Source: an uncultured archaeon (lineage in GTDB: Archaea > Asgardarchaeota > Thorarchaeia > Thorarchaeales > Thorarchaeaceae). Taken from it: a DNA stretch of 64,000 nt. Below are positions 37,699 to 47,179 of this stretch, piece after piece (the first letter of the stretch is position 1; each line of letters opens with the position of its first letter). The notes beneath the pieces were generated by a model. The model had not been told where the DNA came from and did not search any database. It saw only the letters and a program-made list of their open reading frames with translations. The DNA is taken from contig CAZLEV010000010.1 of assembly GCA_964558645.1 (NCBI GenBank), positions 1 to 64,000 on the forward strand. The letters are read 5' to 3'. The position numbers and the translations under genes are program-made.

Positions 37699-38832
37699 GT
37701 GATGATACCTATGCAGTTCGGTGGAGAGCCCAACGAATTCAGTTGGATAATCAATCTTGCATTCTTTGCCTTCATCATGCTCTTCAGCCTCTATGGGCAG
37801 AAGATTCAGATGTGGCAATGGCTCAAACAGATTGAATCAGGTCTTCTAGAGCTAAAGCGGATGTTCTTGGAATCCAGACAGACCGCAATTGACACCTTCA
37901 AAGAATTCGGACGGCCCGAAGATGAAGTTGCTGGGGATCTCGACCGCTGGCTTGACTACTTCACCATCATGCCGGTCGATCTCGATCCAGCCGGGGTCAT
38001 TCAACGTCTGGATCATCTTCTGGATGAGAGAAGAGATCGTTTCGAGGAGTTTGTTGGTGATTTAGCTCCAGATGCTGATGGAAAGATGCGGCAGAATCTT
38101 GAGAACACCCTTGAGGTGACTCAGGTCATGAATCTAATCTTCCGTGTTGTTCGGCACTACTATATTCTCGGCAAGAAGTATGGGAGTCAAATAATGATCA
38201 TGCAAATACAGATGCAGCTTCCCGAGCTACTGCGTATTGCAGAGGCATACTTTCAGGCTATGGGGGCATTCTCGGTTGGAAAACCAATTGGCGACGGTAT
38301 AGGCCCACTGATTGTTACAAAGTTTGCGCGCCAGTACGGTGCAGCAAAGGAGAGTTATGTTGATAATCTTGCACGCGAAGTCGGTTACTATCCTGTCGAT
38401 GTCGAGGGGCGAACTCTCTTTGCGGTCAGAGCAACAGGACCCGGAGGCACTGTGGGGAAACCCGGCCTCGCCATCGAAAACCTTGTCAAACAGAACAACG
38501 GTGATATCTCTCGGATAATAACAATAGACGCAGCACTCAAACTCGAAGGTGAGGAACTCGGCCGGGTATCAGAGGGCACAGGGGCCGCAATAGGAGATCC
38601 AGGCCCTGAGAAGTATGCAATAGAAGAAGTAGCTAGGAAGAATGGCATTCCTCTTGAGGCTGTTGTTGTGAAGGAAGACGAGAAGGCTGCAGTGGGCATC
38701 ATGCAGAAGGAACTACTGAATGCCATTCCCGAGGCATTGGAACGCATCAAGACTGCGATAATAAAGCGAACTAAGAAAGGGGATCGGGTAATCCTAGCTG
38801 GGATAGGAAACACTATTGGGATAGGACTATGA
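37699..38832 (+). CDS. DUF1512 family protein
   Basis: PVDLDPAG, PIGDGIGP, IDAALKLEGE, G.GNTIGIG. Confidence 0.85.
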   Translation: MMIPMQFGGEPNEFSWIINLAFFAFIMLFSLYGQKIQMWQWLKQIESGLLELKRMFLESRQTAIDTFKEFGRPEDEVAGDLDRWLDYFTIMPVDLDPAGVIQRLDHLLDERRDRFEEFVGDLAPDADGKMRQNLENTLEVTQVMNLIFRVVRHYYILGKKYGSQIMIMQIQMQLPELLRIAEAYFQAMGAFSVGKPIGDGIGPLIVTKFARQYGAAKESYVDNLAREVGYYPVDVEGRTLFAVRATGPGGTVGKPGLAIENLVKQNNGDISRIITIDAALKLEGEELGRVSEGTGAAIGDPGPEKYAIEEVARKNGIPLEAVVVKEDEKAAVGIMQKELLNAIPEALERIKTAIIKRTKKGDRVILAGIGNTIGIGL

Positions 38833-38836
38833 GGTT

Positions 38837-39208
38837 TTGAAAATGGGCATTATATCTAGAGTAGTCGGACTAATTATCACCGGAGCAGGTGCTGTGATTC
38901 TCTTCTGGGGGATGAACAGTGATCCCTCGTATTCATTCATCTGGTTTCTAATAGGAATGGTCGTGATGTCAATTGGTTTCGGACTCATTAGCGGTGGAAA
39001 AGAACCTGAAGTTCCCGAGCCACCTCCACCTACAGTGACGGAGATTGTCTGTGACAATCCGGACTGCGATTTCAAGGAACTCCGTGATTTTGAAGACACC
39101 GACTATATCCTTAAGCCTGTTGACGCCGCCTGCCCCAAATGTGAGGGCTCAATGACCATCCAAGGCATCTACATAGTCAGAGAGAAAGAAGAAGAAATCA
39201 ACATCTAA
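38837..39208 (+). CDS. Two-TM protein with C-terminal zinc ribbon
   Basis: Two hydrophobic helices, C-x4-C and CPKC. Confidence 0.7.
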   Translation: MKMGIISRVVGLIITGAGAVILFWGMNSDPSYSFIWFLIGMVVMSIGFGLISGGKEPEVPEPPPPTVTEIVCDNPDCDFKELRDFEDTDYILKPVDAACPKCEGSMTIQGIYIVREKEEEINI

Positions 39209-40104
39209 TCTAGCTTGGTTAATGGGATTGCTCCTTCTTCTGAAATGTAGACGGTATGTTCTGACTGACTTACAGGACGTTCCTTCTTTTCGACAAGAAC
39301 GGGGTATCCCTTGATAGCCCTCTTCTTCAGAAGAATCCGAAACTTGCTCATGATGTCAATCTTATCATCTGTCGCTCCCACCCATCTTGATGCGAAAGGG
39401 AAAGGACCATATCGTTTTCTTAGATGCTGGCGAAGTTTCTCAGCCACCTCATTGTCTACTGGTCTATCAGATGCTGTATTTGCGAAAATGTAGATGTTCT
39501 TGCTCTGGTCTATACTTCTTCCACTGGTAGCAAAGGGCTCTATTGCATAATATTCTCCTTGTTCGATTCTTGTTGAATCGCGATTCCTTATATTCGGAAT
39601 CTTCTTCCCAGCATGAAGATTGAATCGCTCCAGATTATGCCCCGTAAGCTCCCTCACAGGTCGTAGCCCATAGGCATCAATTACGCGCTCTATTACCTGC
39701 CCTACCATGCTGACCTTCATACCCACTTTAATGGCTTTTATTGCCTCTTGTAAAGCATCATCAGTTGCTGCTACCATTCCCTCAAGGGACCCGTCAATAT
39801 CTACTGTTCGCGCGGTATCTGCAATATATCCGTCAATGTGTGTCCCGAGATCGATCTTCACAAGACCGAATTCTGGAATGACTGTTCTATCACCCTTTGG
39901 GGCGGTATAGTGAGCAGCAATATGATCTATCGAAACGTTGCAGGGAAAGGCAGGCTTCGCGCCCAGTTTGATGATGCACCTTTCTGCCTCACTGCATATG
40001 GATATCACTTTCTTTCCTGGCTCAACCATTTCACAAGTTTCCTGCAATACTCTCGCAGCAATCCTTCCAGCCTTCACACTCAGTGGATTTGGCTTATCCT
40101 GCAT
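39205..40104 (-). CDS. map: Type II methionine aminopeptidase
   Basis: AFPCN, AHYT, KIDLG, ADTA, TGH, AIEPF, EHT. Confidence 0.93.
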   Translation of the reverse strand: MQDKPNPLSVKAGRIAARVLQETCEMVEPGKKVISICSEAERCIIKLGAKPAFPCNVSIDHIAAHYTAPKGDRTVIPEFGLVKIDLGTHIDGYIADTARTVDIDGSLEGMVAATDDALQEAIKAIKVGMKVSMVGQVIERVIDAYGLRPVRELTGHNLERFNLHAGKKIPNIRNRDSTRIEQGEYYAIEPFATSGRSIDQSKNIYIFANTASDRPVDNEVAEKLRQHLRKRYGPFPFASRWVGATDDKIDIMSKFRILLKKRAIKGYPVLVEKKERPVSQSEHTVYISEEGAIPLTKLD

Positions 40105-40166
40105 GAAGTCACCAGACTGGATTCTGCAATTCAGACTTCTTAAGAGGTTCCATCTTGGCCTATGCG

Positions 40167-41090
40167 CTATTTTCCCTGCTTTGTGGTAACAATGCTCCTG
40201 TCTTCTCCTATAAACACAGTATGTTCCCATTGAGCAACCATTCCCTCTTTCCCCTCAGTCAGGACCGGATACCCTCGAATCACTCCTGCCTGAAGCAACC
40301 TTCGGAATGATGTACGTATACCCTCATCCATCCTAATCCATCTTGACGCGAAAGGCAGGCTTCTGAATCGTTTTCTCAGAGTGTTGCAAAGCTGCCTGTC
40401 CGAACGATTGAGCTTACACTTTGTATTCGAAACATTGGAGAAGATATAGACCTCTTCTCCTACCTTTATTGAACCGATTCCATCAGTTGCAAATGGTTCA
40501 ATCGCGTATATCTCTCCCTTCTGCACTCTCTCAGGTCCGGTTGTTCTCACATTTGGTATACTCTTTCCAGCATGCAATACCCATGGTTCCATCTGATGAC
40601 CCGAGAGCTGGTACACAGGATTCAGGCCTTCTTTTCTTATAGCTGTCTCGATTGCTGCTCCGATAGTTCCCAATCTAGTTCCAGGTCTGACCAAATCGAT
40701 GGCAGCAGTCAATGCATTCTGTACTGCGCTGATAAAGTCCGCATAAGAACCATCCATATCTACCGTAAGTGCTGTGTCAGACAGATGACCATTCACGTGG
40801 GCTCCAAGGTCGATCTTTATGAGCCCCCTATCGGGCAAGACCCGCAAATCTCCTTCAGGGCTTGTATAATGGGCCGCCTCTTCATTAGTCGATATATTGC
40901 AGGGAAAGGCATGACCTGTTGCACCATACTCGATGGTCTTGCTTTCTGCCATCTGGCATAATCTGAGCACACTAACGCCTGGCTTAGCCTCTTTGGCTAT
41001 CTCAGATATCACCTTGGACGCAATCTTTCCTGCCTGTAGCAAATCCGGATGTGGACGTATGGTCATGGGTAGACTCGAATCCTCACTCAT
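40167..41090 (-). CDS. map: Type II methionine aminopeptidase, second paralog
   Basis: AFPCN, AHYT, KIDLG, SDTA, SGH, AIEPF, EHT. Confidence 0.93.
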   Translation of the reverse strand: MSEDSSLPMTIRPHPDLLQAGKIASKVISEIAKEAKPGVSVLRLCQMAESKTIEYGATGHAFPCNISTNEEAAHYTSPEGDLRVLPDRGLIKIDLGAHVNGHLSDTALTVDMDGSYADFISAVQNALTAAIDLVRPGTRLGTIGAAIETAIRKEGLNPVYQLSGHQMEPWVLHAGKSIPNVRTTGPERVQKGEIYAIEPFATDGIGSIKVGEEVYIFSNVSNTKCKLNRSDRQLCNTLRKRFRSLPFASRWIRMDEGIRTSFRRLLQAGVIRGYPVLTEGKEGMVAQWEHTVFIGEDRSIVTTKQGK

Positions 41091-41198
41091 ATTCCGACTT
41101 AAGTTGTTGCTCTTGACATTCTTGGTATAAATCACCTTACTAAATCGAAAAGTAAATGTTCTTTGCCAGTGTTCTCTCAGTCAAGGAGCTTGTTGATT

Positions 41199-41870
41199 AT
41201 GAAATTCACATATCTTGGTCATTCTTCTTTCAAAATAGAATCAGAAGGGAAGACGGTTTTCGTTGACCCTTGGCTTGATGGTCCAACCTCCCCCCTCAAG
41301 ACCGATGACATAGAAGATGCAGATGTTGTGCTTGTCACCCATGATCATGGTGATCATGGATTTGCTGAGGCTTTGAGAATCTGTAGGAAGACCGGTGCCT
41401 ACTTCGTTGCAATCAATGAACTTGGCATCAAGGCGAAGGAGGAGAATGGTTTGGAGAATGTTCATACGCTGAACATTGGCGGAAGTGTTGAAATAGAGGA
41501 CATCAAGATTACACTTGTTCAAGCATTCCATTCCTGTGGTACTGGTGCGCCAACCGGATTCGTTGTATCTTTTCGAGATGGCTCATTCTATCATGCAGGC
41601 GACACAGGTGTTTTCTCGAGCATGAGCCTCATTGGCGAACTCTACTCGCCAGATGTAGCTCTTCTACCCATTGGTTCGTACTACGTAATGGACGAGGAGC
41701 AGGCAGCACTTGCTGTCAGCCTTCTAAATCCCAAACATGTAATTCCTATGCACTACGATACTTTTCCAGCAATTAAGGCCGATCCCGAGAAGTTCAAATC
41801 CTTAGTATCGAGAAGAAATCCCTCGACGACTGTGACAGTTCTCAGACCCGGAGAGGATGTGCAGTTATAG
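41199..41870 (+). CDS. Metallo-beta-lactamase-fold hydrolase (UPF0173)
   Basis: LGHS, THDHGDH, YHAGDT, PMHY. Confidence 0.9.
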   Translation: MKFTYLGHSSFKIESEGKTVFVDPWLDGPTSPLKTDDIEDADVVLVTHDHGDHGFAEALRICRKTGAYFVAINELGIKAKEENGLENVHTLNIGGSVEIEDIKITLVQAFHSCGTGAPTGFVVSFRDGSFYHAGDTGVFSSMSLIGELYSPDVALLPIGSYYVMDEEQAALAVSLLNPKHVIPMHYDTFPAIKADPEKFKSLVSRRNPSTTVTVLRPGEDVQL

Positions 41871-41880
41871 GACTCTGCAG

Positions 41881-42445
41881 AAGAAACAACAGTGTCGATG
41901 CCTGTGCCCCTACACACTAACTCTCGGCTTCATAGCTCCGGAAGGTCTTCCGCCTCCACCAAGCTGTCTCATGTTGGGTTCTTGTGGCATCGACGTGTCC
42001 GTCATTGTGCGAGACCAGGGTGACCCAAGGATCATCCGCAGACATCATCCGAGTCAACTGAGTCCGTTGTGGTTCGCGGTTATTGTCGTGACGGGTTGTG
42101 TTCGAAGCTGTCGCCCATCATTTGCGCAACACATCATCGTGGCAACTCAGTGCGCCCTCGAAGATGGGCTATTTGCTGAACATCACTATCTATGTCATTG
42201 TACCAATATTAGGGTTGCCAATTGGCGCCAAGTGGGCCCGAGCCCGGTTCCACTTCGTTGGTAACGACAACTTCAAATACTGAGGCTAGTTTCGAGGAAC
42301 TGTGAAGTCCTACCGTATCCATTCGGTCGGATTTCAAGACTTACCAAATCATAATCATTACATTGTCACGGGGCCTGAACTATGCGATCCGCAACTGGGT
42401 CGACAAGCGGCCGCCGAGCAGATCATGGGATTATTATCACTCATA
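41881..42445 (-). ncRNA. Large structured RNA, candidate multi-hairpin H/ACA RNA
   Basis: No credible ORF; three K-turn/K-loop hairpins each followed by ACA; TATA-like box upstream; U-rich 3' end. Confidence 0.6.
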
Positions 42446-42614
42446 GGATCATCATATCATTATCTCTTGAATAAGAACAGGCATATGAAGAGTTGCCAAC
42501 ACCATCGGCACATTACTCCGGCGTGGTGGGGACATCTTAGTCCGTGAGATTCGGCAGGGCAGAAACATCGCCCCAATAGGCAAGGCACGTGGCAGTAATC
42601 CAAAGGAGACGTGC

Positions 42615-43880
42615 ATAGAAATAGGAACTGATTTCGATCAGAGCACTGCGAAATATGTCATCAGGGCCAGAATCGATATTGACGGGGTTGTTGACAAGCC
42701 TGATGTTGTTGGGGCCCTATTCGGTCAGACAGAGGGACTACTTGGCGAAGACCTCGATCTCAGAGAGCTTCAGAGAACGGGCAGGATTGGCAGAATTCAG
42801 ATAGTTGTTCGTTCGGAGGGTGGAAGTAGCAGGGGTGAGATTGTCGTCCCCGTTTCGCTTGACAAGACCGCTACAGCCATCCTTGCTGCTTCAATCGAAA
42901 CCGTAGACAGGGTTGGACCTTGTAAAGCCAGCGTCACCCTTGACAAGCTTGAGGACATCCGTGGTGCCAAGAGGCGCAGAGTCGTCAGTCGTGCGATTAG
43001 CATCCTCAAAGGATGGGAAGAAGACATCTCACCTGGGTCAGATGAGATCACGCAGGCTGTTACCAAGGCAAAGAAGAGAACAGTCGCTAAATACGGCCCA
43101 GACAAGCTACCAACGGGTCCCGACTTTGACGAGAATCAAGAGATGATTCTTGTAGAGGGAAGAGCAGATATCATCAATCTCATGAAGAATGGTGTAACAA
43201 ATACCATAGCTGTCGAGGGAACCCATGTACCAAAGAGCATTGCAGACCTCACGAAAAGGAATGATAGTACAGTCATTGCCTTCTTAGATGGTGATCGTGG
43301 TGGAGACCTAATTCTACGAGAGCTGATGCAAGTGGCAAGGATTGATTTCATTGCTCGAGCGCCCGAAGGAAAAGAAGTCGAGGATCTCACCCGTCGTGAA
43401 ACAACAAAGGCTCTTCAGTCTAAGATACCTGCTGATCAGGCTCTGTCGTTGGTGCAAAGAAAGGTATCCGCGGACAGGAAACAGAAGGAATCTCGCAAAC
43501 CACGTACCAAGGCACGGTCACCTAGGCGTGACGAACCTTCAAAGAGGCGGAAGCCCGTGAAGTCTGAGAGAAAACCTCCTGAAAAACCAATGGTCCAAGA
43601 GCCATATCTTGAGAAGATGCATGAACTCAAGGAGTCTTTCAGAGCAGCTCTCTTCAATGATTCAATGGAGGTTGTTGCTGAGTGTGGTGTGGCCGAACTG
43701 ACGAAAGCTCTCAAGACGCATGACGCTGTTGATGCCATAGTTCTTGATGGAGTCGTCACTCAAAGACTCATTGATGCTGTAAGCGGTCTAGGTACAAGAC
43801 TCCTCATTGCAGCTGCTGTTGCTGATATCGACAGACCTCCCTCGAGTCTGAAGATAATCACATTCGATGAAATAGAGTAG
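42615..43880 (+). CDS. dnaG: Archaeal DnaG (exosome-associated, Toprim); apparent ATA start
   Basis: Frame upstream of ATG 43143 encodes KYVIRA...GVVDKPDVVGALFGQTEGLLG..LDLRELQRTGRIGRI; also VEGRAD and DGDRGG. Confidence 0.93.
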   Translation: MEIGTDFDQSTAKYVIRARIDIDGVVDKPDVVGALFGQTEGLLGEDLDLRELQRTGRIGRIQIVVRSEGGSSRGEIVVPVSLDKTATAILAASIETVDRVGPCKASVTLDKLEDIRGAKRRRVVSRAISILKGWEEDISPGSDEITQAVTKAKKRTVAKYGPDKLPTGPDFDENQEMILVEGRADIINLMKNGVTNTIAVEGTHVPKSIADLTKRNDSTVIAFLDGDRGGDLILRELMQVARIDFIARAPEGKEVEDLTRRETTKALQSKIPADQALSLVQRKVSADRKQKESRKPRTKARSPRRDEPSKRRKPVKSERKPPEKPMVQEPYLEKMHELKESFRAALFNDSMEVVAECGVAELTKALKTHDAVDAIVLDGVVTQRLIDAVSGLGTRLLIAAAVADIDRPPSSLKIITFDEIE

Positions 43881-44035
43881 CGGAGCATTCCTTTCTTAGC
43901 TCTCTTTCTAGAAGGTGTAGTAAAAGGGCAACAATCAGTATGGCACAATCCGAATTGTTTATTTGACAGGCCGATTGGCGAAATGAAGAGTCAATTGTAA
44001 CTACAATTGCTATTCCTTTGAAGAGATGAAACATA

Positions 44036-44482
44036 ATGGGCAATTCAACTTTCATAGCGCAACTTCGTAAGACAGCAACACCGAAGATTCATGGAGTTTC
44101 ATTGAGTGAATCGAATATGGTGGCAGTCTGTCCACCACCGATGGTCAAGGACCATCCAGGCGCAACCAGCCCCCATGGCCTCTTTTTGGCCTCAATTGGC
44201 GGATGTGTCAACTTGGTCTTTGAAATCGCTCTTGAAAAGGGCCATATCGAGCTACTGGATCTTGAGTCGGAGATTATTGGCGACTACGAAACAGAAGAAG
44301 ATACTGGCCGGAGTTACTTCACGGCAATCACAATCAAGACCAAAATCGTGGTTCCTGAGGGGTCAAACGAGAAGCGGATTCACAAACTCTTTGAAACTGC
44401 TAAGGAAAACTGCCCCATCGGTAACTGTCTGGTGGGTTCCTGTATCAAAATGATCACCGACCTTGAGATAGTGTACGAGTAG
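44036..44482 (+). CDS. OsmC/Ohr family protein
   Basis: SP..LFLAS.GGC and NCPI. Confidence 0.8.
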   Translation: MGNSTFIAQLRKTATPKIHGVSLSESNMVAVCPPPMVKDHPGATSPHGLFLASIGGCVNLVFEIALEKGHIELLDLESEIIGDYETEEDTGRSYFTAITIKTKIVVPEGSNEKRIHKLFETAKENCPIGNCLVGSCIKMITDLEIVYE

Positions 44483-44611
44483 AACACCTCTATCGAGTGG
44501 CACCTGGGTAAGTACCATTCTATAATCTGTCTTTACACGACGGTTACGCAATTAGCGTATTACTCACAATTATCATCGAGCACATGGTCTTTTCTCATAC
44601 GAAGACCGTAG

Positions 44612-46063
44612 ATGAGGCCAGATACAGTGAGTGAGCTGCTAACCCGCATAGAGAACACATCAGAAGTAGCGGTCCCCTGTGATCCATTTGAAAGAATAAT
44701 CGGTCAAGATGCTGCTATTCGCCTTGTAAAGTCAGCAGTAGTTCAGAGACGTCATGTTCTCTTCTGTGGTGTTCCCGGTATTGGGAAGTCTATGCTCGCA
44801 AGGGCTGCATCTACTCTACTTCCCCCACCGAAGGAGTCTATATGGATTATTGCCAATCCAGCCAAACCGGAGAGACCTCAAGCTGAGGCCCGTCGATTTT
44901 CAGCTGTAACAGAACCCGCTTCTCCCCAGACCTCCAAAAGACACTACATCCGGCCTGATGCGCTTCCTTTTGAGGTTGCAGTCAAGATGGGCTACAGGTG
45001 TCCCCGCTGTCGTGCATTTTCTTCTCCTGAACACGATTTGTGTATGGACTGTGGAAACCCGAAACGGTCCAATTGGATGACCGAAGAGTCTTATCACGGT
45101 CTCTTCAGTGTCTTTGATGTAGTTCAAGAACGAGCAACCGATTCTGTCACACTTGTTGAGCGCACGGGCACGAGAACAGAAGAAGTCACATATCAGAGGG
45201 ATGGTCATGACTCTATTCTGGTGAGTCGACAAGATATGGCCTCGAACTCTCCACGAACCAAAGAATCAGTAGAAGAAACTGAGAACGTCCTCGTACCTCT
45301 AGAGTCAAGCCGCTTTGTTCAGGTGAGTGGTTCGAGCGTGGTTGAGATTCTTGGCGATGTCAGACATGATCCCTATGGTGGTGCCAAATCCTTGGGCACT
45401 CCTCCTCATCGCCGAGTCATTCCCGGAGCAATCCATGAAGCTCACGAAGGTATACTATACATTGATGAGCTAGCCTCACTAGGTGGCTATCAGAAGCATT
45501 TACTCACCGCGCTACAAGACAAGAAATACCCCATCAGTGGTCATAATCCTCAGAGCTCAGGGGCTGCTGTCCGTATTGATGACATTCCCTGCGATTTCAT
45601 CCTCTTTGCATCTTGCAATCCGGACGACCTCCCATCTCTTCTCCCTCCTCTAAGATCGAGAATCCGCGGCTATGGTTATGAGATTCTGCTGAATTCGTGG
45701 ATGAAGAAGAGTCCTGACGCCTTAGATGACATAGTGCGATTCATTGCCCAGTCGGTAGATGAGGATAAGCGTATTCCCCACTTCACAGGAGATGCAGTTC
45801 AGAGAATTCTTGATGTTGCAGAACAGATGGCTTGGCAATTCGACAGAAAACGTGATGCACTCACACTCAGGTTAAGGGAACTTGGTGGGGTCATTCGAGT
45901 TTCCGGTGACCTTGCTGTCCAGTCTCATCACGATTTAGTTCAAGAATATCACGTTAAAGAAGCTGAACAGATCTGTCAAGGAATTGGGCCTGAGGGCCAT
46001 CAGCTCTCTACTAGGAGTGCTTGCTCTTCTTCCAATGAAGATTACGGAAGCTATTTCTTCTGA
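44612..46063 (+). CDS. LonB-type AAA+ ATPase lacking the protease domain
   Basis: IIGQD.A, GVPGIGKS, LGDVRHDPYGG, GAIHEAHEGILYIDE, LRSRIRGYGYE, LTLRLRELGG. Confidence 0.85.
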   Translation: MRPDTVSELLTRIENTSEVAVPCDPFERIIGQDAAIRLVKSAVVQRRHVLFCGVPGIGKSMLARAASTLLPPPKESIWIIANPAKPERPQAEARRFSAVTEPASPQTSKRHYIRPDALPFEVAVKMGYRCPRCRAFSSPEHDLCMDCGNPKRSNWMTEESYHGLFSVFDVVQERATDSVTLVERTGTRTEEVTYQRDGHDSILVSRQDMASNSPRTKESVEETENVLVPLESSRFVQVSGSSVVEILGDVRHDPYGGAKSLGTPPHRRVIPGAIHEAHEGILYIDELASLGGYQKHLLTALQDKKYPISGHNPQSSGAAVRIDDIPCDFILFASCNPDDLPSLLPPLRSRIRGYGYEILLNSWMKKSPDALDDIVRFIAQSVDEDKRIPHFTGDAVQRILDVAEQMAWQFDRKRDALTLRLRELGGVIRVSGDLAVQSHHDLVQEYHVKEAEQICQGIGPEGHQLSTRSACSSSNEDYGSYFF

Positions 46064-46075
46064 CACCATTTTGTT

Positions 46076-47179
46076 ATGACAGGTGTTCCGTTGAAGGTCC
46101 TGAAACGAGTGATGAAGGAAGGCAAGATCACTCTGCAGATTGAAACGTTAGACGACCTCTGGCATCTGTATAACATAGTTGACTCAGGCGACCGGGTTAT
46201 TTCGAGAACCAGTCGACGCATCAGGATGGGGGATGACAATGGACGCAAGCAGGAAAGCGTACGGAAACCGATGACGCTCGTGATTGATATTGAAGATGTA
46301 GCCTTCCACTCCTTCACAAACCGTGTTAGGCTGAAAGGCACTATTGTGGAGGGGCCCAGTGATCTGGTCAGTACAGGCTCTTATCATACGTTCAATATAG
46401 AAACAGGGGATAGACTGACCATCATAAAAGAGCACTGGCCCAATTTTCACCTAAAGAGGATAAAAGAAGCTCAAGAGTCGCGAACAAGTCCTATCGCTCT
46501 ATTGGTCACCATAGAGGACGAGAGCGCAGAGATCTTTCTTCTGGCTGACTACGGCATACGAGAGGCAGTCAGTATCAAGTCGAGTATATCTAGAAAGAGA
46601 GGCGACCAGAAATCATACGATGCAACTATGCGTGAGTTCTTCGGCGATGTTACTCTTGCTGTTCGTTCTCAATTGGAGCAGAACAATATTGGGGTATTGA
46701 TAATTGCTGGTCCTGGTTTTGTGAAGGATCATTTCCGGGATTACCTTCAATCTGCATCGATAAGCGAGATGCCGCAAGTGGTCGTAGAAAGTGCAAACAC
46801 AGTGGGTATGCCTGCTGCAAAGGAAATCCTCTATCGTGGTGTTGTGTCCAAGGTGGCGGAGGAAATCAAACTTGAGAAGGAAACACAACTCGTGGAGAAG
46901 GTCTTAGAGCATATTGCCAAGGGTGATGGGCTTGCTACATATGGCGATGAAGAGGTCGCCCGAGCAGTACAGTATGGAGCTGTAGACGAACTCCTCGTCA
47001 CAGACAGACGACTTCGCGGAAGTGACGAGCAACAGAGACGCAGGATTGACAAACTCATCCGTGGGACAGAGAAGACGAGGGGTGGAGTTAACATTATCTC
47101 TACTGAGCACCCAGCTGGCGATCAGCTCCAGAATCTGGGCGGTATTGCTGCCATATTACGCTTCAGAATCGGTCAGTAA
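46076..47179 (+). CDS. pelA: Pelota/Dom34
   Basis: ETLDDLWHL, GSYHT, AGPGF.K, GGIAAILRF. Confidence 0.95.
   Translation: MTGVPLKVLKRVMKEGKITLQIETLDDLWHLYNIVDSGDRVISRTSRRIRMGDDNGRKQESVRKPMTLVIDIEDVAFHSFTNRVRLKGTIVEGPSDLVSTGSYHTFNIETGDRLTIIKEHWPNFHLKRIKEAQESRTSPIALLVTIEDESAEIFLLADYGIREAVSIKSSISRKRGDQKSYDATMREFFGDVTLAVRSQLEQNNIGVLIIAGPGFVKDHFRDYLQSASISEMPQVVVESANTVGMPAAKEILYRGVVSKVAEEIKLEKETQLVEKVLEHIAKGDGLATYGDEEVARAVQYGAVDELLVTDRRLRGSDEQQRRRIDKLIRGTEKTRGGVNIISTEHPAGDQLQNLGGIAAILRFRIGQ

Noticed and set aside
41881-42445. RNase P RNA, SRP RNA, or the ORFs 41857..42264 and 42302..42547 as the explanation of this gap
   Set aside because: No correctly ordered GAGGAAAGUCC and terminal CR-V pair, and no SRP helix-8 motif. 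The ORFs lack SD sequences and protein-like composition.
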